Positions 39,411 to 49,300 of a DNA stretch of 64,000 nt are shown here, piece by piece. The notes beneath the pieces are model-generated. The model worked only from the letters and a program-made list of their open reading frames with translations. It had not been told where the DNA came from and did no database searches. Every line of letters begins with the position of its first letter. Positions within the stretch are counted from its first letter, which is position 1. The translations under genes and the position numbers were made by a program. Source of the DNA: Perna viridis (lineage: Eukaryota); contig CM074514.1 in the NCBI GenBank assembly GCA_037379345.1, positions 25,544,001 through 25,608,000 of the forward strand, written 5' to 3'.

Positions 39411-40670
39411 ATGATGGCTGATATGCTCACTATCACCGAAGGATTGACTTTCGACGAAAGTCTCCAGGAAAATCAGGTTCACGAATACGAACCTCAAGCC
39501 GGGGCGCAGCTGAATAATGCCAGTGCAGAGATACACATCAATATCGAGACTCAAGATCTCTTCCTCCACCCCGCCGAAAGCTATCTCTTGATCGGAGGCC
39601 GACTTCAGAAGAACGATGGCACCGCGTATGCCGACGGTGATCGCTCGTCCATAACGGCGCCATGTATCTATTTCGTAGCATCAGCTACCGACTTTCCGGG
39701 CAGCAGATCGAGCACCTCAACGATCCCGGCGTTGCCACCACCATGCTGGGTATGCTGACGTACCCCGACGACTTCTCCAAATCGCAAGGCCTCAACCAGC
39801 TATGGTTCAAAGACTCCACGGCCGATGCCGAGGCAGATAACGTTGGATTCACAGCACGCCACAGATATATCATCACCAAGCCAGTCAATAAGGGATCCTT
39901 TTCTTTCGCCATCCCGCTCAAGCACGTCTTTGGCTTTGCCGAGGACTACGATAAGATCGTCTACGGACTCAAGCACGAGCTTTCCCTGGTGCGAGGTTCG
40001 GATGCCAATGCGATCCTCCGAGCCGCCAAAGTAGTCTTGAGCAAGATTTCCTGGTTCGTCCCCCACGTCATCCCCTCCGACGAAAAGAAGCTGCGGCTCT
40101 ATAAGACCATCCAGAGCAAGACCAAGATCGATTGCGGATTTTGCATGAGGCAGTGCGACTCCATCGCCGTGTCCCAGACCTCGCAATTTCATTGGCGTCT
40201 AGCCGCTAAAAGCGGACGAGAAAAACCGCGATGGATCGTCGTCGCCTTCCAGACGGATAGGAGCAATGATCAGACGCACAATCCGCCGTCTTTGACCACT
40301 GCCGATTGCGAAATATCCACGTGACCCTCAATGCGGAGCGCTATCCCGCCGTGGATTTCAATGCCGGCTTCACCCATTGCAGGGTGGCCAGGGTCTATAA
40401 GGAGGACGCCGAATTCCGCAAGTTCTACACCATGAAAGTCTGCTGAGCAATGGTGGTATCAATCCCTCCGGCTTCATCGATCTCTATCCCCTATTCGTCA
40501 TCGACGTCAGCCATCAGTCCGAGCGGTTGAAAGAGTCGACGGTGGATATCCAGATCCGAGCCGATTTCGAGGGGAACGTCCCGGCTAATACCCAAGCCTT
40601 CGCCCTGGTCATCTCCGATCGAATCCTCCAATTCGAATCCGACGGTCAGAAGATGAGCGTCGTCTTCTGA
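39411..40670 (+). pseudogene. Double-jelly-roll major capsid protein, frameshifted
   Basis: DESLQENQVHEYEP, FLHPAESYLL, IPLKHVFGFAEDYDKIVYGLKHELSL, EKPRWIVVAFQT, LNAERYP, PLFVIDVSHQ. Frameshifts near 39650, 40290 and 40430. Confidence 0.92.
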
Positions 40671-40684
40671 GGAGGGATAGATAA

Positions 40685-41454
40685 ATGGACGCTTCACTTT
40701 TGCGGAAAATCGCCACCAATACCGAACCCAAGCATGGGTTCTCCTTCATCGTCTCTGGGAACGATAGCCAGATCTTGACCCGCTTCAATCCACCCCTCCA
40801 ATTGCGCGAGGAGAAATCTTACGAGATGACCCTAGTGAATCTGAAGACCTACTACTCCATCCCCAATATTCATGCAGGTAATAATTCCTTCCGCTACTCT
40901 CCCGATGGCGGGGCTAACTGGTTTTCCGTCGAGCTGAGCACCGGCTCTTACTGCATCGACGATATCAACGATGAGATCCAGCGGCAACTGCGGCTGCATA
41001 GGCACAAGGCTAAGGTCCTTCTCGATGCCAATCGTGCGACGCTGAGAGCAACCCTCACCCTCGCCAGAAATTATCGAGTGGATTTCGACGTGCCCAATAG
41101 CATCAGTACGGTGCTTGGATTCGAGCGCCGGACGTATACCTACGACCGAAGCACCAACGGCTACGCGGAGGGTGAGAATATCGTCAATATCATCAGCATC
41201 AATAGCATCCTGGTGAATAGCGATATCATCCACGGAAGCTACGTCAACGGCACGCAGCAGTCCACCATCTATAGCTTCTTTCCCGCTGTCGATCCGGGTA
41301 TGAAGATCATCCAGACCCCCAAGAATCTCGTCTACTTACCCTGACCCTGAGGACCATCGACCGCATGCAGACGTATCTGACCGATCAAGACGGCCGCCCC
41401 ATCGATCTGCGAGGAGAGAATCTCACCATCCGCTTCCATCTGCGCGAGGTATAA
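40685..41454 (+). pseudogene. Minor capsid (penton) protein, frameshift near 41341
   Basis: FNPPLQL, YYSIPNI, GSY.IDDIN, LGF, NSILVNSDIIHGSYVNG, IYSFFP, NLVYLP; shifted tail LTDQDGRPIDLRGENLTIRFHL. Confidence 0.9.
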
Positions 41455-41458
41455 ATAA

Positions 41459-42036
41459 ATGGATTATCAAGAGTACGGTCTCAACTTGACGAAAGGTCAG
41501 GCGGAGAAGATCCAGCGTGCGGCAAAGAAGGGTTGCCCCGTGAGCGTCCGATTGCTGCATGCAAACCTATCCGGTGAGCATAAGATGCTCCTCACTCACC
41601 GCCAGATCCAGCGCATCACCAAGCTCTTGCAGAGTGGGAAGGGTGGTATGGTCTTGGAGATGAGCCCGAAGCAGGTGAGGCATAATGTGCGGAAAGAAGG
41701 TGGATTCCTCCCCATGCTAGCAGGTCTTGCCTCTGCTGCGCTACCCATGCTGGCCAAAACCGTGCTACCTGCTTTGGGCGTGGGTGCATTGAGCGGTTTG
41801 GGTAGTGCAGCCATCCAGAAGGCTGTGGGATCCGGATTATATCTCAAGAAGGGTGGGAAAATATGCTGCGTGAAACCTCGTGGTCGTGGTCTGTATTTGA
41901 GTCCAGGCATTTTGCCCAATACATACGGTGATGGGCTATACTTGAAGAGCGGACGTCAGATCTACGATGGAAGTGGACTGATCCTTGGTCCCAATAGCCC
42001 TTCAAAAGCATCCCCATCTTGGGCATGCTCCTCTAG
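41459..42036 (+). CDS. Basic core protein with an adenovirus pX-like GGFL motif and GxGLYL repeats; tail frameshifted
   Basis: LLTHRQIQRI, KEGGFLPMLAGLA, GSGLYL/GRGLYL/GDGLYL/GSGLIL. The likely original end PNSPFKSIPILGMLL* (TAG 42034-42036) is out of frame by one base. Confidence 0.75.
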
Positions 42037-42046
42037 ATATAGATAA

Positions 42047-42568
42047 ATGGACGACGTAGACTCGGGGAAGCAATCCTACGGAGAAGCTAGAATCGAGTCG
42101 ATCGAGAAAGAGCTTGAATCCGAAAAGCATAAGTATGCTCGACTGTCGAGGAACTATAAACGAGTGGAAAAAGCGGTGTCTTTTGCTCTGGGTACCTGTG
42201 CAGTACTCAACGTAGTTTGCACCACTGGCACACTCAGCACCGCCGCAACGGGAATAGGCGCCGTGGCATGCATTCCGTTGAGCTCACTAACCGTCGTGAA
42301 TTCAATCACGATGGCGGGGTTGGCGGTGCTAGCCAAGCGCATCCGCCAAAAGCGTAAAAAGCATAAAGATACCGTGCGCATCGTCAGATCCTACCAATCC
42401 AAGATCGAAGATGCAGTGAGCAAAGGCCTGGAGGATGATGATATCGATGAATCTGAATTTGCAGGGGTTGTAAAATGTCTTAGCTTCTACTACGACGAAA
42501 AGCAGCAGCTGCGAAAACCTTCCACGGCCACCACTTTTAGTGAAGACCTTACTGCGCATGCGCCATAG
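42047..42568 (+). CDS. Polinton membrane protein with a central hydrophobic hairpin
   Basis: Coiled coil, long hydrophobic Ala/Gly/Thr segment, then KKH and VSKGLEDDDIDESEF; preceded by TATAGATAAATG. Confidence 0.75.
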   Translation: MDDVDSGKQSYGEARIESIEKELESEKHKYARLSRNYKRVEKAVSFALGTCAVLNVVCTTGTLSTAATGIGAVACIPLSSLTVVNSITMAGLAVLAKRIRQKRKKHKDTVRIVRSYQSKIEDAVSKGLEDDDIDESEFAGVVKCLSFYYDEKQQLRKPSTATTFSEDLTAHAP

Positions 42569-42667
42569 GGAGGATTCTTCCAACGCTCGCCTCGCTCGGC
42601 TACGCCTCGCTCCCCACGCTTATTCCAGAATCCTCCAGATCAAAGTTCCAAGTGACCAAAAAAAAAA

Positions 42668-42703
42668 AAATTTCCCAATCCAGTAATTTGGATTGGGAAA
42701 TTT
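42668..42703. terminator. Perfect 15-bp-stem hairpin between the convergent right-end genes
   Basis: AAATTTCCCAATCCA-gtaatt-TGGATTGGGAAATTT. Terminator role is inferred. Confidence 0.55.
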
Positions 42704-42739
42704 CGAACCCCTTACCCATAGCCTTCGATTATTTTTTTA

Positions 42740-43096
42740 TTACTTCCTCACCAGGTCATAGGAGAGGTACTGCTGCTGAGATTTCTTGCTCACCTTGAAT
42801 CCAGTGCTCTGAACGAAAGCTCCTTGCAAAGGACCCTTCTCTTTGTTGAGCGTGGGGCAGGCCTATATCCTGGTGGTCTCTCTGTCCCGATCCTTCAGGG
42901 TGAGGATACTACTTTTGCCGAATTTTCCATCCACTTCTACCACCTCCAAGATCTTATAGATCACACCGGTTGGAAAGTCCTTCCATTTGAGTGCTTCCTG
43001 ATTCTGATCCTGCAGCTTCTCCTGGAAGGCGTCTTCGCTGATGAAGCCATCCCCATCTGTGGGAATGTCAACGAATCCATTGTGTACGAAAGTCAT
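42740..43096 (-). pseudogene. Small beta-rich putative OB-fold/ssDNA-binding protein, 118 codons, internal TAG
   Basis: MTFVH...KWKDFPTGVIYKILEVVEVDGKFGKSSILTL...RI*ACPTL...FVQSTGFKVSKKSQQQYLSYDLVRK*. The frame continues through TAG at 42863-42865 (probably TGG); AATAAA overlaps the final stop. Confidence 0.65.
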
Positions 43097-43226
43097 AATT
43101 CTCGTATTTACCCTATGCTCAATAGGAATGCCGTCCGTTTGCATTTGGCCGTCGGGGTTGGGGGTTCTATGCAGGATTTTCCCTTGAAAATGGTAAGTGC
43201 GGCAGAATCGGCCTTTTGATACTACT
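43083..43226 (-). repeat. Polinton right terminal inverted repeat
   Basis: Ends ...GATACTACT followed by the TSD AGACTC. Confidence 0.95.
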
Positions 43227-44386
43227 AGACTCCGTCTTGCATGATATTTTATGACCCATATGTCTGGGATTTCATGAAATGTATTATTTTGTATCTAGCT
43301 ATCCTCTTAAATTCGATCTTGATCTATGCATATAGTGTATCAAAAACTTATATTGTGTCCACACTTGCCTCAAGTATACATAGTTCAACAGGCTGCGTCG
43401 TATCATGCAGGAATCGGCGAAGCTTTTTATTTCAAATATACACTGATGTATATTGATGTAAACTTCCTGTAAAAAATGACTTTCGTCATGAATTAGGGGT
43501 TTCAGTATTGGTATACGATCTTCCAAATTATGCTTCTTGTTGGAACATTTTTTTTTGGGGGGGGGTGGGATTACGGCCTGTTGGGGTAATGTTTTCAATC
43601 ACCCTTAGTAAATCATCTGATACTGAATTTTTTTAAAATTAAATAGTAAAATAATAATGTCTTGTCACTATTTTATGTTAGATTGCATTTAAAGTGAAAA
43701 CATTCATACATTTGTCCAAAAAATATAGACCATTTCTGTTTTTCAAAAAGTGCAATATGTTATCAGTTACACAACTGCATAAGGGGGAGATAATCACGTA
43801 CATTATTATTATTGTAATTTAGATTTGTTTACTAACAGTAAGTTTTGATATATTAGGTTCTTTAGAAATATTATTATCATTTTACATTAATATCAAATAT
43901 ACAGTTTACAAAATTTGTGAAAAGAGCAAAACAATTTTAAAAAGTAAAATTATATATTTTTGTGTTCCAACGTTGAAGAAACATTTTGCAACTGACTAGT
44001 TTACATATTTTTTTTCTTTATTACCCGATTCTTTGATATTGAAGAATAGTGTGTATATTCGTGGATCATAGTAGCAAATAAATTATATACCTATGAAGTG
44101 CAACTCAACTTGTCACTTAAAAGGGCAATGTAACACAATAATTTGCTTGCGTATGTCTTGATCTACTTTCTTGTTTTACCTTTTTGAAATGACATGTAAG
44201 TGTGTTTTTTTTCATGACGAATGATATGAAGACTGTCATAACGTTTTTGTTACTCAAGAGGTTTTGACGTTGATTCAATGTTGGTTCGCCGTAACAAAAC
44301 TCTCAAGTACAAATAACATTTACAGACAAGTTCTTAAAGAGAAACGTGAAATACATTGGCTATTCTGAATATAGTAGGGCCAACGT

Positions 44387-44481
44387 TAACCCGAATAACC
44401 CAGATCCTCTACGTATCCGTTTCTGTTCTACTCTGGAGTGATCGTAGGGAACGTAATATAACGACTGGATTATTCGGGTTA
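44387..44481. mobile_element. Tiny ~95-bp inverted-repeat insertion
   Basis: TAACCCGAATAACCCAG ... CTGGATTATTCGGGTTA; absent from the paralogous block near 47130. Confidence 0.55.
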
Positions 44482-45275
44482 GCTCAACGTTTGGCCAAAG
44501 CTACGTAGGTCTCTTTTTATTCAAAATTTCAAAACGTCATGTTTAACTATGTGCTTATGAAATACAAACCATTTTGTTAAAAATAAATAAGGAAATTATT
44601 TTCCATAACCACGCAATGCTACATGGGGCCAACGTTGCCTTGCCAGCACTACTGAAATCATCATCCATGCAACGTTGGTCCAACGGAGCCCCCAAACTGC
44701 ATTCCTACGTTGGACCATCGTTGGTTCAATGGAGTCATTAACGTTTGGCCTACGTAGGATACCAAATGCTGGTCCAACGGAGGCAAACAATAGTTAGGCC
44801 AACGTAATACTAACACTGACCCAACGAATACCCAATGTTGGCCTAACATAATCCCAACGTTAACCCAACTATGTTGTCCGACGATGATATTCCTTAAGAT
44901 GTTATAAGAGAATTCTATAATTTGTCTCCTAGTTATGTCGTAGTGTGTTGATGATATGCGCAATCCTTCAGAGTAAGGCTTCAAAGTTTCCCTTAGTTAA
45001 TCATATAAGTTCTTTATAATAAGAATATACCAATGATAAGCCGATTGTAGTTTAGTAGATTGATGATGATTGGGGGGTTTTACGGTCTTGACTATCCTTA
45101 CGGATCTCGCACGACCGCCCCTTACGGGGGATTCTGTTAGTAAATGTCTGTTAGTAGTTGGAGGTAGCGGAGCCCAGCCTTCGGGATACCCGACCGAAGA
45201 ACTCAGTCAGAGTATGTCCTACTAGCGGTTGGGCTGCTCTGTTGACGCTCTGGCCTACTCCCAGACCCCACGTGG

Positions 45276-46301
45276 GGTTTATTCTTGCTATTCCAACATT
45301 CTAAAATTTATAGGTAAAAATTATAAAATCCATGTAGGAATAGCCAGAACGGTTGTATAAACAAGGGATTAAGTTTGTGTATACTGTAAAAACAAAACTT
45401 TAATTGGAATTCTAAATGTGTTGGAGTTACCTGTCACATTTTTGCTGTATGTATAAAATTTTATTTGGGATCTGTAAAGGTTTCATGTGCAAATTATTAT
45501 GAATAATAGACTTGCAAGTGTTTAGGTGTCATTTAAAGTTTTCTTTTTTAACAAATAAAAAAATAAGATTTTTTTTTCACAATTTTATTAAATGTTCAAT
45601 ATTCATGATGACAATAAGTCATTGATAATACACACTTTATAAGTACATAATATTCAAGCACTGATAACATTGTAAATAAATGAAAAAGCAGTAAATAAAG
45701 TCAAAGCACACATGATTTGTTTAAAAGAATCATAGAATAAATGCATAAATGAAACATGCAAAGCACAACAGCTCAAGCACTAATCAAAAGTTTACAATTC
45801 TACTATGAATGCAAAAGATGAGAAGCAGCGTAAGCAAACGACTGATGTGAGTTCCTGGTTCTGTAGACGAATCTTTAGTGGGAGTCTGGAGTCGATCTCT
45901 CGGTGTTTGCGTTTTCTTGGGACACGTTTACCATCGGCTTGGTACTGGAGCAAGGTGCAGGCATGGACGGCTTCTTCGTTTGTTTATTAATTAACTGAAT
46001 TTAATTTTCAGTCTCTATCTTCTTTCCAATATTTCAATATTTTAAGTCTATATTTTATATGTTTATTACCATGAAAAAAGTTATAAATTTGGCAAAAATA
46101 GCCCCACATTTCTCTAAAACACATTATAATTTTGCTAATAAAATGTTTAAATCCAATGTTGAATCCCAAATTTACCTGTAAAATTAATTAGGCAATAATT
46201 ACTAAAACAACAAAACCTACTAAAACAACATCCATTGTTCTCTGCATGTAGGAATATCCAGATTATATATTTTTAAAATGTTGGAATAGCTAGAAGACAC
46301 C
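45276..46301. mobile_element. About 1-kb MITE with imperfect ~30-bp TIRs, possibly MULE-like
   Basis: ggtttattcttgctattccaacattctaaaa versus the reverse complement of ttttaaaatgttggaatagctagaagacacc; CCCACGTGG on both flanks. Confidence 0.65.
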
Positions 46302-49300
46302 CCCACGTGGGTCCGAGAGAGTTTCCCCACGCTAACTGTTTGGGAGTAGTGATTTTTAGTCGATTAAAACAAGAAAATATATTATAAATTCAGTATATAT
46401 TACAAGCATTGGTATAGCAAATATTAATAATTTGCTATTTTCTTTCATCTTATAGATAAATGATAACGCCCGTCATTGTTTTGTGTTTAGGGGGAAATTT
46501 ACATTGAAAATGTGTATATATTTTTTCAAAATGAAAAACGATTTTTGTTTTGAAAAAAAAAGTATTATGCTCTCAGTTGCAAAACTGCATAACGGGGAGA
46601 TAATCACATCCATTGCTGTCATCATAAGTTAAATTTGGTTATTCGTAATAGGTTTTTGTGTTATTATGTTCTAAATATTAAACGCGAATACTAGTTACAT
46701 AAATATTGATCATACAGTTAACAGACTTTGTGAAAAGATCTTTTTTTAAAAGTAAAATTGTATTAATATAGATATATATGTTGGCCCAACTTAGTACCGC
46801 AGTTCAGATGCAACACAATATTTTGTTTTCATGCGTCCGGATTTGCGTTCTTGTTTTACTTTTCTTGCGATCGACATACATTTTTGCATCAAGAATAATA
46901 TGAAGACTGTTTTAACGTGTGTTACAAAAACTGTTTCATTGTTAGTTTAATGTTAATTCGAAGTTAGTTCACCGTTGGCTCAGGGTTGGACAAATGTAGA
47001 AAATGCAAATTATGTAATCATGGTTTTGATTTAAAAATTGAAATTTAACAATACTTTCAAGTACAAATAGCTTCTAATACAAGTTATTAAAGAGAAACAC
47101 AAAATGCAACTGTTGTTCTAAACATAGTAGAGCCAACGTTTGACCAACGTAGAACCTTTTATGATATGAAATTTAAAGTATTTAAAATTTAACCGTCATG
47201 TTTAACCCTTGGCTTGTCAAGTATAGAAACCATTTTGGTAAAAAAAGATAAATCAAGAAGAAATATTTCCATAACCACTCACAGCTACATTGTGCCAACG
47301 TCGTCTTGTCAACGCCAATTAAAAACCAACGAACCAACCATCGGGCAATGTTGTCCAACAGGGCAAGCTGTCTGGGGCATGCTTCGTCTAGACTAGAATC
47401 GGGTCACTGCATGGTGATTATACGTTCCCTCAAGGCTGGAATACTTAATGAAATGAAAATATAAAACAACAATCTTATGGCATTTCAGAATTCTTAAATC
47501 CGTTTTCGACAGGGGGCTTTGCCTCCCGGCACTCCCTTGCAGGGCTCTGCCCTCGACCCGCGTACCTGCCAGGGACCGGGGACGTGGTGCCTACACTTTT
47601 ATTTATCATTTGTTACGACCCTAGTAGACTATACACTTTACACAATATCCTTTATACTAATATTAAAATTGAAATATCCAATTTATTTTAAAAAAAAAGT
47701 AGTCTGAAGTAAATGCAACTGACTATAATGGTGCTCCATCAATGGTGAAACGTATCGATGTGGTAATTGAACGGAACAGACAGGTGGCGCACAGGCATTT
47801 CGCGACCTTCACCTTTTGACAACGAACTTACCTGTACTGTAGTATTATTGACTTATCGACAGGTGCGAAAGAAGCGATAGCCAAGGCAAATAACTAAAGT
47901 TATTGCCATCATTTCGTCACTGTTAAATCTTCCTCACCACTGTTGGTCATAAGAACACAGGATTCGTTCTTGATTGATAACGTCTGAAGAAAGGGATCGA
48001 TTGAAAAAACTTGTGGTCTAAATATTTTCTGTGATCAGAAAACAATTTAAGCAAAGTGGATATTGAGAACAAAGCAAGGTAAAGCAAGTTAAATAGAACA
48101 TTATTTCCGTTTCTTTCTGACCAGTCACATTCTGTGAACTGATCAAGAGACTAGATATTTGATTTCAGAGACAAAGTTTTGACATCACCAAACAGTATGT
48201 GTACATGAGTTATCTAGTTAGCACTGAATTATTGAATGTTTTAATAAATTGTGTTATCACTTCATTTAAATGACATAGATTTTGCATATGTAATAAAGGC
48301 ATGTTTTCTGTCCCCAGGGCATTAAAATTTAAAGAGGGCAATATCTGCCTTTTCGTCAGGTTTACTGTCGTAACTTTGTCAGTTGAAATTGCAGATTATG
48401 GCAGTATCAGAGGATTGAAAATACTATGGAGAAACAAAAAATTCTGCTGTCAGAGCTATACTGGTATAAACACTAAGCCTTGAGCTTCAATCCATTTAAT
48501 TAAGCTGTCTTTGGAGACTATTTTTTTTTGTGTTGTCAGGTCTCCACTCTATGTTATGGAGATATGGAAATGTCTCAGCAAATTTCATGGTTATCTGTAC
48601 CTCCTTTTCACCTCAGAAGGGAAAGAGTTATTACATTCATATTAAAAAGAGAGCCAGTTATTTTGATGTAGGGGAATAAAGTAAAAAGTGTTAATCTTAA
48701 AAGTTGCCCCTTGCATAATTTATTTAAAAAATAGTGTTTGAATCTTTTTCCAAGATGAATTGCAGACTTTAGAAGTACTAAAAATTAATGTTTTTATTTT
48801 CAAATATGTAATATAAGAAGAATCAGAGTGTAGTTTCAAGGAAAAGTTGAAACTAACCATAAAATTTGTTAAAAATTTAAACAGAATTATTGTGGCTGCA
48901 TTATTTATAAATTATAACTAATATTATGCTTACCTTTTTTGTTGTGAAATCAGCCACTTGCATTATGAATTTTCTACACTTGTATTTATAGACTTGTAAC
49001 ATATTAGCCTTTGTTTTTACATTGTCAATTAATACAGAGATTTTCCTGAAAATGAGGTATGTTACTGTGTGATTGGTACAAATGCAGTTTACTAACATTT
49101 CTTGTTCTCAGCAATTGCTGACATTTCTGTTTGGTTGGGACTCACAATTCACCCTTTTTTCTATTTGACCTGTTTGATTTTAATATTTACTATTTAGTAA
49201 TTAATTTATATGAAAGTAACTACCACACTGTAACTTCATCTGAATGCTTTTGGCTTGGAAATCTAAAATTCAGATATGGCATATACACTGAAGGAGTTAT

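Larger units (their letters stand above)
30062..43226. mobile_element. Polinton/Maverick (adintovirus-like) endogenous DNA virus, 13,165 bp, both ends intact
   Basis: Starts AGTAGT and ends ACTACT. TIRs of 144 bp (30062-30205, 43083-43226) with 5 mismatches by my count. 6-bp TSD AGACTC (30056-30061, 43227-43232). GC-rich, with no evident introns; encodes pPolB, integrase, ATPase, protease remnant, MCP and mCP. Confidence 0.97.
43750..47376. repeat. Two diverged direct copies (about 43750-44880 and 46560-47376) of a DNA-transposon end with CCAACG repeats
   Basis: Shared colinear blocks aactgcataa.ggggagataatcac, tcaagtacaaata, gtcatgtttaac, atttccataaccac. CCAACG/CGTTGG arrays at 44625-44880. 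Second copy ends GCTGTCTGGG. Confidence 0.6.

Noticed and set aside
43020-43070. EF-hand-like TDGDGFISEDAF in the right terminal ORF, with a weaker echo in the left ORF
   Set aside because: Loop positions 1 and 12 lack the required Asp/Glu and there is no partner EF-hand.
31350-43220. Many overlapping and antisense ORFs inside the Polinton (for example 33362-33892 -, 36873-37469 -, 40832-41233 -)
   Set aside because: Shadow frames of GC-rich coding sequence with no recognisable motifs.
43233-43600. Possible host exon disrupted by the Polinton (a short minus-strand frame stays open across the reconstructed empty site)
   Set aside because: Stops occur nearby and I recognise no protein; unsupported without a homology search.
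45180-45230. Hammerhead ribozyme at minus-strand CTGACTGA
   Set aside because: No correctly placed GAAA after stem II and no closing stems.
46451-46462. TATAGATAAATG outside the Polinton
   Set aside because: Single hit in AT-rich host DNA followed by a very short ORF; treated as chance.
47500-47590. GC-rich patch upstream of the MARCH gene as an RNA gene
   Set aside because: No tRNA or snRNA features; resembles a fragment of a common interspersed repeat.
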